From: Syntrophales bacterium
GTDB lineage: Bacteria > Desulfobacterota > Syntrophia > Syntrophales > PHBD01
Direction: 5' to 3'
Assembly (NCBI GenBank): GCA_963668175.1
Contig: OY764159.1
Location: forward strand, 1,504,001-1,568,000
DNA: 64,000 nucleotides
Shown: piece by piece, positions 22,347 to 31,123 of the stretch
Position numbering within the stretch: position 1 is the stretch's first letter
Layout: the number at the start of each line of letters is the position of its first letter
Notes under the pieces: generated by a model
Databases searched by the model: none
Told to the model about the DNA's origin: nothing
Seen by the model: only the letters and a program-made list of their open reading frames with translations
Made by a program: the position numbers and the translations under genes

Positions 22347-22592
22347 ATGATCAATAAACATCGTGTCAATCGGCTATTGAAAGAGCGTATTCCGATTATG
22401 GAGAAAGTGCAAAGGGATCAATAACAAAGCAAAGAATTGTTTTGACGGTGTTTAGATCAATCAAGTTCATGTAAAACCCGGAGATATCTGTTATGAGCTA
22501 TCGCGAAACTGCGTGAGACCCGATGATGCATGTGTCTATTCCGAGCAGAGGTAAATTAGAAATGGTGGCATCATTTCTTCTGCTCTTTTAAT

Positions 22593-22625
22593 AAGGGCCG
22601 GCGCTTATAGGCCGGTCCTTTTCTT
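22593..22625 (+). terminator. Rho-independent terminator closing the island operon
   Basis: AAGGGCCGGC-loop-GCCGGTCCTT followed by TTCTT. Confidence 0.6.
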
Positions 22626-22912
22626 CGACACGTGAATAAAGTAATATTATACTGTCGCTTTCGATGAACTCTCTGCAAACGGGTATTCCGTCTAAAAATG
22701 TTCTTTCTCTGATTCATCTGCAAGGTTTGGGCGGGATACCTGTCTATATGACATTTATTTCTGTATGTTATGTTGCGTCATCTGATGGTTTTGTGATCCG
22801 CAGATAACAGGAAGAAATTCACAAAAAAATCGCCAAATGACAATCCGGACCGGCTGCGTGGCGGGTCTGTCCGGCGGTATCGGATGTAACGGCCGCTATC
22901 CTGTGCGCCGTT

Positions 22913-24259
22913 TCAATGCGCCTTGAGGAGCGAGCCCACCAGTCTTTCCAGGTGGGTGAGGGTGTTGCATTCGCGGACCATGTGGCAGTACGGCATGAAT
23001 TTTTTGATCTCCGAATCCCCCGATCCCCAGTAGGACGGGATGTCCGGGTTCAGCCAGATGAGCTTCTTGCAGCGCCGGTAGATCGTTTTCAGGTTGTCGA
23101 TGTCCGTGTCGGCGTAGTTGTTGCGGGCGTCGCCGATGATGAGGACCGTCGTCTTGCGGGTGACGGCGTCGAGGTGGTTTTCCCTGAAATCGCGGAAGGA
23201 GCGGTCGTAGTCGGTCCGGCCCATGAGGACGGGAATCTCCGCCCCTGTCTGGAGTCGCTCCAGCGCCTCCTCGATCCGGTATTTGCTGAAGACGTCCGTC
23301 ACCTCCGCCAGATCGGAGCAGAAGACGAAGCTCCGGATGTCGATGACGGTCTTGTTGAGGCTGTAGAGAAAGAGCAGCAGGAACCGGACGGTGCGCTGGA
23401 CGGAGCGGCTGACGTCGCAAAGGGCGACGACCTGGGGCCGCTCGATCTTCTTTCGCTTCCAGTGGGTGTCGAAGAGCATGCCCTCGTAGGTGACGTTCTT
23501 GCGGAGGGTCTTCTTGAAATCGAGCATCCCCCGCCGGGCCGCCTTCCGCCTGCGGGAATGGATGTCGTTCAACTGCTTCACGAGTCTCTGGATGATGATA
23601 TGCATTCTCTGGAGGTGCTGCTGGTCGAGCTGGTTCAACCTGGCGTTGCGGAGCATCTCGTCGATGGACTGGTCACGGTCCGCCTTGGTCACGAGTTCCA
23701 ATTGCCTGACCACGATATTGCGCACGTTCTGCGTCAGCGTCTCCCGGGCCTTCTCCAACTGGGCGGCCGTGCCCATGCTCTGCGGCGTGCCCTGGTCCTG
23801 GAACATACGTATATCCGCATCGAGGGTCCGGCTGCCCATTCGCTCCATGATGCGCAGGACGTAGAGGTTCTTCTGGGTGAAGTGTTTCATCCCCGGCAGG
23901 TTCTCCTCCCGCGCAGCCAGCGCTAGGGCCGCGGCCAGGCCGCCGTGGTCCGCCATGAGCATCATCTGTGTCAGGGCCGATCGTTCCGCGTCCACGGCCT
24001 TCAATTCCCGGGGCTCGTTCCCGCTGCCCTCGGAGCAGGTGAAGATATCGGGCGAAAAGTAACGGTCGAAGCATTCCCGGAAGATGCGCTTTTCGATGAT
24101 GCTCTTGGCGAGCACCGCCGCGAGCGCATCCCGGAACAGCTCGCGCTCCGAGATGCCGACCTGACGGACCGCCTCGAAGGCCTCCAGCGTTTCGGCGATG
24201 GATATGCGGACGCCGGAGCGGCGCAGGGTGCGGATGAAATTCTCCAGGACCGTGTCCAT
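22913..24259 (-). CDS. VWA domain-containing CoxE-like protein
   Basis: Real start MDTVLENFIRTLRRSGVRIS at 24259 (TGATG overlap with upstream gene); LCDVSRSV MIDAS, TDY, IIGDARNNY, WLNP..W.SGDS. Confidence 0.88.
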   Translation of the reverse strand: MDTVLENFIRTLRRSGVRISIAETLEAFEAVRQVGISERELFRDALAAVLAKSIIEKRIFRECFDRYFSPDIFTCSEGSGNEPRELKAVDAERSALTQMMLMADHGGLAAALALAAREENLPGMKHFTQKNLYVLRIMERMGSRTLDADIRMFQDQGTPQSMGTAAQLEKARETLTQNVRNIVVRQLELVTKADRDQSIDEMLRNARLNQLDQQHLQRMHIIIQRLVKQLNDIHSRRRKAARRGMLDFKKTLRKNVTYEGMLFDTHWKRKKIERPQVVALCDVSRSVQRTVRFLLLFLYSLNKTVIDIRSFVFCSDLAEVTDVFSKYRIEEALERLQTGAEIPVLMGRTDYDRSFRDFRENHLDAVTRKTTVLIIGDARNNYADTDIDNLKTIYRRCKKLIWLNPDIPSYWGSGDSEIKKFMPYCHMVRECNTLTHLERLVGSLLKAH

Positions 24260-25212
24260 CAGGCTGCCCCCGCGCTCTTGACGGCGCCGGCCGTCAGGGT
24301 GTGAATCTGTTCCTTCATGGCGTCGATGTCGTCCTCGAATTTCAGAAAGACGTTCATTGTCTCCCGGACGATGTCCACATTGAGATTGCCGGCATTGAGG
24401 AGGACGACGGTCCGGGCCCAGTCGATCGTCTCGCTGATCGACGGGACCTTCTTGAGGTCCATCTTCCGGATCGTCTGGATGAAGGCCACGAGCTGCGCCG
24501 TAAGCTCCTGCGATATGCCCGGTACCTTGGCCAGGACGATTTCCCGCTCCAGGTCGGGGGCGGGGAAGGGGATGTGGAGGTGGAGGCAGCGGCGCTTCAG
24601 GGCCTCGCTGATTTCCCGGGTGTTGTTGCTCGTGAGGAAGACGAACGGCTTGGTGATGGCCTTGACCGTCCCCACTTCGGGGATCGACACCTGGAAATCG
24701 GACAGCATCTCCAGGAGGAAGGCCTCGAATTCGTCGTCGGCCTTGTCGATCTCGTCGAGGAGCAGGATGGCGCCTTCCTTCTGCTGCAGGGCCTTGAGGA
24801 GGGGGCGCTCTTCCAGGAACTGGCTCGAGAAGAAGATGTCGTCGTACTGGTGGAGCCTGTTCAGGGAATCGCCAAAACTGCTTTCCTTGCTGATGATGTC
24901 GTCGAGCTTGTCCTTGAGGAGTTGGGTGTAGAGGAGCTGCTTGCCGTATTTCCACTCGTAGAGGGCCTTCGATTCGTCGAGCCCCTCGTAGCACTGGAGG
25001 CGGATCAGGGGCAGGCCGAGATAGGCCGCGGCCGTCTTCGCCAGTTCGGTCTTGCCGACGCCGGCCGGCCCTTCCACCAGGATCGGTTTTTCCAGCTGGT
25101 AGGCGAGATAGACGGTCGTCGCGATCTGGTTGCTCGGGATGTAGCCCAGCTCTTTAAAGCCCTGGAGGATCTTCTCCCGGGAGGCGAATTTTTCCGCTTG
25201 AATCGGTTTCAT
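24259..25212 (-). CDS. MoxR family AAA+ ATPase, CoxD-like
   Basis: EGPAGVGKTE Walker A, RLQCYEGLDESKALYEW.Y.KQLL, LLDEIDKADDEFEAFLLE, TSNNTRE.SEALKRRC. Confidence 0.92.
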   Translation of the reverse strand: MKPIQAEKFASREKILQGFKELGYIPSNQIATTVYLAYQLEKPILVEGPAGVGKTELAKTAAAYLGLPLIRLQCYEGLDESKALYEWKYGKQLLYTQLLKDKLDDIISKESSFGDSLNRLHQYDDIFFSSQFLEERPLLKALQQKEGAILLLDEIDKADDEFEAFLLEMLSDFQVSIPEVGTVKAITKPFVFLTSNNTREISEALKRRCLHLHIPFPAPDLEREIVLAKVPGISQELTAQLVAFIQTIRKMDLKKVPSISETIDWARTVVLLNAGNLNVDIVRETMNVFLKFEDDIDAMKEQIHTLTAGAVKSAGAA

Positions 25213-25215
25213 GCA

Positions 25216-26355
25216 CTATTCCTTTCTTGCCAGAAGGTCGTCCCCTCTTTTTATTCTTCTGATTTCGGCGATGTCTTCCGCGATGCCGATGGTCTTGTCG
25301 AGGTCGTTGATGAAAGCCTCACCTTCGGAGTCTGGCGTAATCAACGATGCCGCGAGGAACGCACGGTATTCGCCAAGGAAGCCCGCAGCCATGGCCTTGA
25401 AGGAGCGAAGCAGGGCGGGCAGTTCCGTGTCCGTTGCGCCCCCGTCCGTCATGGCCGCCGCTTCATAGGCCGCGATCCGCAGGGTATCGACCGTGTCCGC
25501 CATCGCTCCGAGGCGGGCCCTGATATCCGGGCCCGCGGGGACAGTCTTCTTTCCGAGTGCTTCCACGGCCGTCTCCAGGAGGCGGCCGAAACCTCCCGCT
25601 ACAGCTCCGGCGAGGAGGACGTCCTCGATATTTCGGAAGGGAAGGGCGATGTCCCGGAAGGCCTCGCCTTCCGTGCCGACCCTATGCGCATCGTCGATAT
25701 GGCAGCCGTCGAGCCTGATTCCGCCGTGGCGCGCCGGCTGCAAAAACCCCAGTTCGATCGGCTTCGTCAAGGAGAACCCGGGCGTTGTTTTCGGCACGAG
25801 AAAGGCCGTGAAGGCCTTTCTCCCTTTGTTACTGCTCGTGAAGGCCACAACGACAATGAAATCGGCGATGGGGCCGTTGGTGATCATCGTCTTTTCGCCC
25901 GAAAGAAGCCAGCCTGTCCCTTCGCGCGTCGCCGAAGCCGCAAGGTGTTTCGGATGGGCGCCGACGCCGGGTTCGGAGATGGCCAGGGCGGCCACGGCGG
26001 AGCCTCCCGTCAGAAGGCGAAGATAATGTTCTTTAATTCCGTCGGCGGCGAAAGGGAGAAGGATGAATCGTCCTATGGCCTCCTGCATCATCCATGAGAG
26101 GGCGAATCCCATGCTATGGCCGTGACGGACCATGGCCTCCAGGGCGACGGTGAGGGAAACATAGTTCCCGCCCAGGCCGCCGTATTCGACGGGAAGAGCG
26201 ATGCCCGTGAGCTTCGCCGCCGCCAGCTTTCCCCAGAGGTCGTGGGGAAAGGAGACGGCGTCCCTCATGTCCGTGCGGCCGGCGATCTCCGTGCGGGCGA
26301 AACGGCCCATGTCTTCTCGAAGGCCCGGTAGGGCTCTTTGTAAATGGGTGGACAT
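25216..26355 (-). CDS. Acyl-CoA dehydrogenase-like protein with atypical C-terminus
   Basis: PVEYGGLG, LAISEPG.G, L.GEK..ITNGP.AD; lacks the C-terminal IYEGT motif. Confidence 0.8.
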   Translation of the reverse strand: MSTHLQRALPGLREDMGRFARTEIAGRTDMRDAVSFPHDLWGKLAAAKLTGIALPVEYGGLGGNYVSLTVALEAMVRHGHSMGFALSWMMQEAIGRFILLPFAADGIKEHYLRLLTGGSAVAALAISEPGVGAHPKHLAASATREGTGWLLSGEKTMITNGPIADFIVVVAFTSSNKGRKAFTAFLVPKTTPGFSLTKPIELGFLQPARHGGIRLDGCHIDDAHRVGTEGEAFRDIALPFRNIEDVLLAGAVAGGFGRLLETAVEALGKKTVPAGPDIRARLGAMADTVDTLRIAAYEAAAMTDGGATDTELPALLRSFKAMAAGFLGEYRAFLAASLITPDSEGEAFINDLDKTIGIAEDIAEIRRIKRGDDLLARKE

Positions 26356-26367
26356 GCCCCGGGCCTC

Positions 26368-26793
26368 TTAAGCGAATTTAGAGGAAAAAGCGTTCAGAAC
26401 GGCCTTGAAGGAATCCACCTCCTCGGTTGTGAAGCCTTCCTTGATCCTGTCGTTCACCCGGTGGATGATGACCTTGGCCGCCTCAGCCTGGGCCGCGCCT
26501 TCTTCGGTAATATAAATATGGGAGGAGCGCCGGTCGCCGGGATTGGCGCTCCGCCTCGCGAATCCAGCTTTTTCCAGGCGGTCGGTGAGCCCCGTGAGGG
26601 TCGAATTGTCGATGTTGAGAATCCGGCTCAGTTCCGTCATGGTCCGGCCGTCCTTCTGCTTGAGCAGAAAGAGGATGGCGTTCTGGGCGATGGTCGCCTT
26701 GACGCCGCCAGCGGCCAGGGCGTTGTTCAGGTGGTTGCGCAGCGTCTGCTGCGCCGTGAGTATCAAGTAGATCAGGCGATCGTCCTTCTTCAT
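26368..26793 (-). CDS. MarR family transcriptional regulator
   Basis: TELSRIL.ID.STLT...DRLE..G...R..NP.DRR...I.IT.EG; GGAG RBS before ATG 26793. Confidence 0.92.
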   Translation of the reverse strand: MKKDDRLIYLILTAQQTLRNHLNNALAAGGVKATIAQNAILFLLKQKDGRTMTELSRILNIDNSTLTGLTDRLEKAGFARRSANPGDRRSSHIYITEEGAAQAEAAKVIIHRVNDRIKEGFTTEEVDSFKAVLNAFSSKFA

Positions 26794-26824
26794 GGGTATC
26801 TCCATCTGTTTAGTATGCACATAT

Positions 26825-26850
26825 TTTGCATGCAAAGCATTCCTTGTCAA
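26825..26850 (-). promoter_or_regulatory. marR promoter -35 (TTGACA, 26850-26845) with palindrome TTTGCATGCAAA (26825-26836), probable MarR operator
   Basis: Perfect 12-bp palindrome just downstream of the -35 hexamer. Confidence 0.55.
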
Positions 26851-26896
26851 GAACTAATTTATAAGTATGCCGGGACCGAATCAGAGTGGCGGAAGA

Positions 26897-26920
26897 CGGG
26901 CCGGCTGCGCAGCCGGCCCG
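26897..26920. terminator. GC-rich hairpin downstream of kinase-like gene
   Basis: Perfect 24-bp palindrome CGGGCCGGCTGCGCAGCCGGCCCG, 18 bp after the stop; weak U tract. Confidence 0.5.
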
Positions 26921-26938
26921 GAAATATCTCAATGAAGT

Positions 26939-28498
26939 TTACGCCACGACGAGCATGGGATGGATACGCCGCGCGGCCTCGGCGCTGACCCCGAGGCGGT
27001 GAATATCCTGGGCGTACTGCTGAACCTGTGTGTAAAGGGCGAAGTAGGCCTGCGTGGTCGATGCCTTGCGGGAAGTGCTGGTCGAATGGTGGGCGTCGTG
27101 GATGACGGACACCATGTCGCGGACCGCGCGCATGACCCTGTGGCCGCTCTTGGCGTACAGGTCGAGCTGGTTGACGAGCTGGGCGATATGGGCGGGGACC
27201 TTGACCTGTTTGCCCCTGAGGGTGACCGTGGTTCCTCCCATCAGGCCGACGGACCATTTCTGCGAGCCCACGAAATCCAGGAAACCCTCGATGAGGTTCC
27301 GGCTGCGGGGGATGACGTCCCGACGCTGGTATTCTCCCCCTTTTTGCGCCGCATCCGCAAGCGCCACATCGTCGACGGGATTGATGCCCATGGCGGTCGT
27401 GCCGTAACGCTCCGACAGCGCCCCCGTGCCGCCTCGCTTGTGGATCATCATATTCCACGAATCGTTGATCCGTTCCTTGATCATATAATCGTAGACCCTG
27501 CAGAACCGGAGAAAGTCCGGGTCCTTGGCCACTTCGACGAGAAGTTCGTTTCTGTTCTCGCGGATCTTGTTCTGGACTTTCTGCCATATCGGCCGGATTT
27601 GATCGGTATCGGTGGCGTTCTTCGCGATATGCAGGTAGGCCGCCTCCGACGTGTAGGCGAGCTTCGCTAGGGCCCAGTATTTGGCGATTTCCATCTTTTC
27701 GTAGCGTTCCTCGCCCAGGCCGGCGATTATCGGCAGAAGCCGGGGATCGTAGAACGGCGAGGTGCTCGGCTGGTAGGTCAGATTGCAGATGTATGCCTCG
27801 GTGACGCCGGCGTCGACGAAATCCATGACGATGCGGTCGAAAAACTCGTGGCTGAGATGGTACTTTCTTGTGCCCGACTTGAGCGGATTCTTGATTTTTT
27901 TCCGGTCTGTCAGCTTCCTCCAATCGGTCTGCGGCACCGGTTTGATGGGTTTGAAGAACTTGATTTCGGCAAATCTCAGGAACCAATTTTCGCCGATGCG
28001 GAGGGAGTTGAAGGACTGGCCGTGATCGATCTTGACGAAGCCGCCGAAGTCCTTGATCGCACCGTGCGTGCCCGTCACCACGAGGCCGTAGTTGTTGTCC
28101 GAAAGGTCGTTCTCCTCGAAGAAAATGGACGAGAAGGCGACCATCATGAAGCCTTCGACGTGGTCGCAGAACGCCTTCTTGAAATTGTTGAAGCTGGGCC
28201 GAAGGTCCTGCTTCTCCATGATGTCGCGGAACGAGACAAAATTGACGGACTCGGACGCCACGTAGGTTGAGCTCTTGACCCGGATTTTCGGCTGATCGGG
28301 GCCGAGCAGGTAGCGGTATATCTCGCCGGTCATGCACTCGATCTGGGCTTCCTGGGCGCTGGCCAGATCTTTCGTAAACCAGGTCGTCGTCTTGTTTTCC
28401 CCCCGGCGTTCGACTTTCACAACGGGATGAGCGCTCTGGTTCAACTGTTTCTTGCTGATCAGTTTGTCATCGCTGAAATCCTTGAATCCTTTGGGCAT
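26939..28498 (-). CDS. Hypothetical protein with atypical kinase fold (LepB/PI3-PI4K/HipA-like N-terminal domain)
   Basis: SAHPV, WFTK (Lys), EAQIE (alphaC Glu), EENDLSDNNYG catalytic-loop-like, FVKIDHG (DFG-equivalent); AAGGAG RBS. Confidence 0.65.
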   Translation of the reverse strand: MPKGFKDFSDDKLISKKQLNQSAHPVVKVERRGENKTTTWFTKDLASAQEAQIECMTGEIYRYLLGPDQPKIRVKSSTYVASESVNFVSFRDIMEKQDLRPSFNNFKKAFCDHVEGFMMVAFSSIFFEENDLSDNNYGLVVTGTHGAIKDFGGFVKIDHGQSFNSLRIGENWFLRFAEIKFFKPIKPVPQTDWRKLTDRKKIKNPLKSGTRKYHLSHEFFDRIVMDFVDAGVTEAYICNLTYQPSTSPFYDPRLLPIIAGLGEERYEKMEIAKYWALAKLAYTSEAAYLHIAKNATDTDQIRPIWQKVQNKIRENRNELLVEVAKDPDFLRFCRVYDYMIKERINDSWNMMIHKRGGTGALSERYGTTAMGINPVDDVALADAAQKGGEYQRRDVIPRSRNLIEGFLDFVGSQKWSVGLMGGTTVTLRGKQVKVPAHIAQLVNQLDLYAKSGHRVMRAVRDMVSVIHDAHHSTSTSRKASTTQAYFALYTQVQQYAQDIHRLGVSAEAARRIHPMLVVA

Positions 28499-28544
28499 AA
28501 CTTCTCCTTATCCCGATGGGTCTTATGGTTTGCTCGGGGGAAAA

Positions 28545-28573
28545 AGTATAGGGAGGAGGTTTCGGGGTGTCAA
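28545..28573 (-). promoter_or_regulatory. Sigma-70 promoter TTGACA-N17-TATACT for kinase-like gene
   Basis: -35 at 28573-28568, -10 at 28550-28545, exact 17-bp spacer. Confidence 0.75.
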
Positions 28574-28667
28574 GGGGATTCTGTCTGCAAAGCGGCGTCG
28601 GATCTTGGTTTCTCCGAAATAAGTGGTGGAAGGACAGGCGTATTGACCATCGTCGAGTCGCCGGCGG

Positions 28668-29372
28668 TCAGTTCGATATCTCGATGAACTCCAGATAGGA
28701 GACGGCCGCCTCCCCCGTATTGTCCGAGTCGTTCATGACGGCGAGGCTGGCTTTTGCGGGGGGATCCTTGCCGAAGGCTTTCCGGTAGTCTTCAGCAATG
28801 TGAACCGTTTCGTCCACCCACTGGCCGACCTTCGCGGGACCCTTTTCCAGGGCGATCATCTTTGCCCTGTCCGTGTACGGGCTGGTGATGACGGTGTCGG
28901 CGCCGGCACTGCTCGCCCAGACGTAATTCATGGTGCTTTGGGGCGGGTATTTCCCGTAGACGGCCTTCAGCGTTCCGTAGAGCAGCTTCTCGGACAGATC
29001 GGCTTTGTCGGGATCGTACTGGAACATCACGTAGATGCGCAAGGGATAGTCGTCCCCGGCTTTCGTCCGGCCGTCGGCCGACTTGTAGACATTCTCCACT
29101 TTCCAGCGCCAGCGGAGACGCGGGTACTGGTAGGGATTGAAGGTCTGTTTGAAGACGATGGCCGAAGCGGAGGCGGCGCTCCGGGCCACGAGCATCGTCC
29201 GTTTGCCGTCGGCGACGGCCGCGTATTCGGTATGGCGGGCGATCTTGGGGAAATAGAGGGGTTCCCAGTTCCTGAGGTCCCGGAAGTCCTCCCGGAACAG
29301 GACGGCCGCCGGCAACGCGGTTCCTGCCGCCAGAAACAATATTGCGACCGCTAAAAGAATCCGGTATCTCAT
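28668..29372 (-). CDS. DUF3047 domain-containing exported protein
   Basis: Signal peptide; SASA, P.LRWRWKV, K.GDDYPLRIYV.F, NYVWAS, MNDSDNTG. Confidence 0.88.
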   Translation of the reverse strand: MRYRILLAVAILFLAAGTALPAAVLFREDFRDLRNWEPLYFPKIARHTEYAAVADGKRTMLVARSAASASAIVFKQTFNPYQYPRLRWRWKVENVYKSADGRTKAGDDYPLRIYVMFQYDPDKADLSEKLLYGTLKAVYGKYPPQSTMNYVWASSAGADTVITSPYTDRAKMIALEKGPAKVGQWVDETVHIAEDYRKAFGKDPPAKASLAVMNDSDNTGEAAVSYLEFIEISN

Positions 29373-31123
29373 GGCCCACCGCCTTCGATACCGCTGCCGT
29401 TCGTCTTTCCTGTCGGCTTGGGCGGTTCGTTCCTGTCACCGCCCACGATCTTGCGGAAATAAGGCTTGAAAGCGACGGACAGAGCGATTGCCGCTGCGGC
29501 CACGGCCAGCCCCAGGACGACGCCTCGCATACTGCCCGTGAGGAGCAGGGCTCCCAGGGAACTGCCGAAGGCGACGAAGGCGATGCAGCCCGGCAGCATG
29601 AAGATAGCGGTGCTCGCGAGATAATGCCGGAAGGGGATCGGCGTCAGGCCGAACAAGTAGTTCAGGAGATTGAAGGGAAAGACGGGGATGAGCCGGGTGA
29701 AGGCCACGGCCTTCCATCCATGTCTTTCAACCTTTTCCGTAAGCCATGCCCAGTGGTCGCGCTTGAAACGCTGCCGGACCAGGCCGCTCAGGACATACCG
29801 GGCAAGGAAGAAGGGCAGGCATGAGCCGATGGTCGCTCCGACGATGGAGAAGACGACCCCCCAAACGGGCCCCCAGAGGAAACCGGCGGCCACCGTCAGC
29901 GGAATGCTCGGCAGGAGAAGCGAAGGCGAAACGGCATAGATCGCCATGAAGATGACGGGGGCGGCGACGGGGTATTGCTTGAGAAGGGCGAGGACACGTT
30001 CCGCCGAAAAGAAGCCCTGGCGGTTCAGAAAGAGACCGCAGAGAAGGAGAAGGGCAATCAGCAGGACGGCCGGCCACTTTCCGGATAATGTTTTCCGGAG
30101 ATGAAGCTCAGCTGAAAGCAGGAATCGGTTCAGCCAATGCCTGCTCATGGAGACGCCCGACGGCAGCGGTTTCATTCCCGGCAGGAATGAGAATAAGTGC
30201 GAGGCTTCCCGGCCAGCCTTCCCGAATGGGTTTGTGCATCCGGTGCAGTAGGAGATGATCGGCAGGCTGTCCGCCCTGCGGACGATCCTTTGGGTGAACT
30301 GCCAGGAGAGGTCCGGCGCCAGGGCGGCCAATCCGCCTCCCTTCCCGCAGCAGGCCGCGAGACTGTCTTCCATCCGGGCGTCGGCGGACCGGCTCAGCGC
30401 GTCTTCAACGTTGCAGCGCGTTTCGGGAAACATGAGAGACGGGCAGGGATGATGGAGAAAATAAGCGCGGGGCAGACGGTCGAAAGCGATCTCGTCGCCG
30501 ATGATGTCGAGGACGAATTCGATCTTGAATTCAGGCAGATAGCGGGCAAAAATCTTGCGGCAGTTGAGGCATCCCGTGATGATCCGAACGGTTTTCCCCG
30601 CCTGCAGCCGCGCTTTGATTTCCGATAAGGCCTTTTGCAGCGTGTTGCTGTCCCCCAACTGCCCCGAGGGATCGAAGCAGCAATCAAGGACGATTCCGAC
30701 CGGTTCCGCCAAACGTCTCTCCAATAGCGTCGCAATCTTTTTTACGGCGGAGGGACTGGTCCCCGCAAGGCCGCAGCCCGGCCAGAAAACCGTCGCGGCT
30801 GCGCCATCGTACCGGAAGGGGAAGCGATGTCCGTTCCGGGCGAAAGAGAGGGCGCCTTTCAAGGCCTTCCCGACCTCAGGGGGGGCGGTTCCGGAGACGA
30901 CGGCGGCTTCCCTCGCCTGCCTGAGGGCTTCTCCCGGGTTCAGCCCCAGGGGGCATGCGTCGCGGCAGGCCCCGCAGCCGGCGCATAAAAAAGCGGTGAC
31001 GGGGCCTGCTTGGACAATCTCATCGGGCGTTCCGCAACGTTGGATGACGGGGCAAGCATCCCGGCAGGCCCCGCAGCCGTTGCATGTTTCAAGAAAAGTT
31101 TCCGATACGGATTTGGTTGGCAC
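29369..31123 (-). CDS. Fe-S/CCG-domain oxidoreductase fused to TVP38/DedA (VTT) membrane domain
   Basis: Two CxxCxxCxxxCP motifs, FWPGC, DCC, ACCGKGG, then LTVAAGFLWG...GAT.G...F..ARY...RLIPVFPFNLLNYLFGLT. Confidence 0.85.
   Translation of the reverse strand: MPTKSVSETFLETCNGCGACRDACPVIQRCGTPDEIVQAGPVTAFLCAGCGACRDACPLGLNPGEALRQAREAAVVSGTAPPEVGKALKGALSFARNGHRFPFRYDGAAATVFWPGCGLAGTSPSAVKKIATLLERRLAEPVGIVLDCCFDPSGQLGDSNTLQKALSEIKARLQAGKTVRIITGCLNCRKIFARYLPEFKIEFVLDIIGDEIAFDRLPRAYFLHHPCPSLMFPETRCNVEDALSRSADARMEDSLAACCGKGGGLAALAPDLSWQFTQRIVRRADSLPIISYCTGCTNPFGKAGREASHLFSFLPGMKPLPSGVSMSRHWLNRFLLSAELHLRKTLSGKWPAVLLIALLLLCGLFLNRQGFFSAERVLALLKQYPVAAPVIFMAIYAVSPSLLLPSIPLTVAAGFLWGPVWGVVFSIVGATIGSCLPFFLARYVLSGLVRQRFKRDHWAWLTEKVERHGWKAVAFTRLIPVFPFNLLNYLFGLTPIPFRHYLASTAIFMLPGCIAFVAFGSSLGALLLTGSMRGVVLGLAVAAAAIALSVAFKPYFRKIVGGDRNEPPKPTGKTNGSGIEGGGP

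Larger units (their letters stand above)
11150..22850. mobile_element. AT-rich genomic island (probable horizontal acquisition); boundaries approximate
   Basis: Abrupt shift to AT-rich sequence and ATA/AAA/AGA-rich codons after wbpP, returning to GC-rich at about 22850. No integrase or att repeat seen. Confidence 0.65.

Noticed and set aside
22444..22554. DGV*INQVHVKPGD fragment resembling a biotinyl/lipoyl domain
   Set aside because: Too short, interrupted by a stop and lacking the MKM motif; probably chance.
11085..22912. att sites, direct repeats or integrase bounding the island
   Set aside because: No shared repeat at the two ends by eye, and no tRNA or recombinase; the island call rests on composition only.
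24260..24994. N-terminal extension of the 693-aa VWA ORF, suggesting a fusion or frameshift with the MoxR gene
   Set aside because: The extension is off-frame sequence inside the MoxR gene; a normal ATG at 24259 overlaps the MoxR stop.
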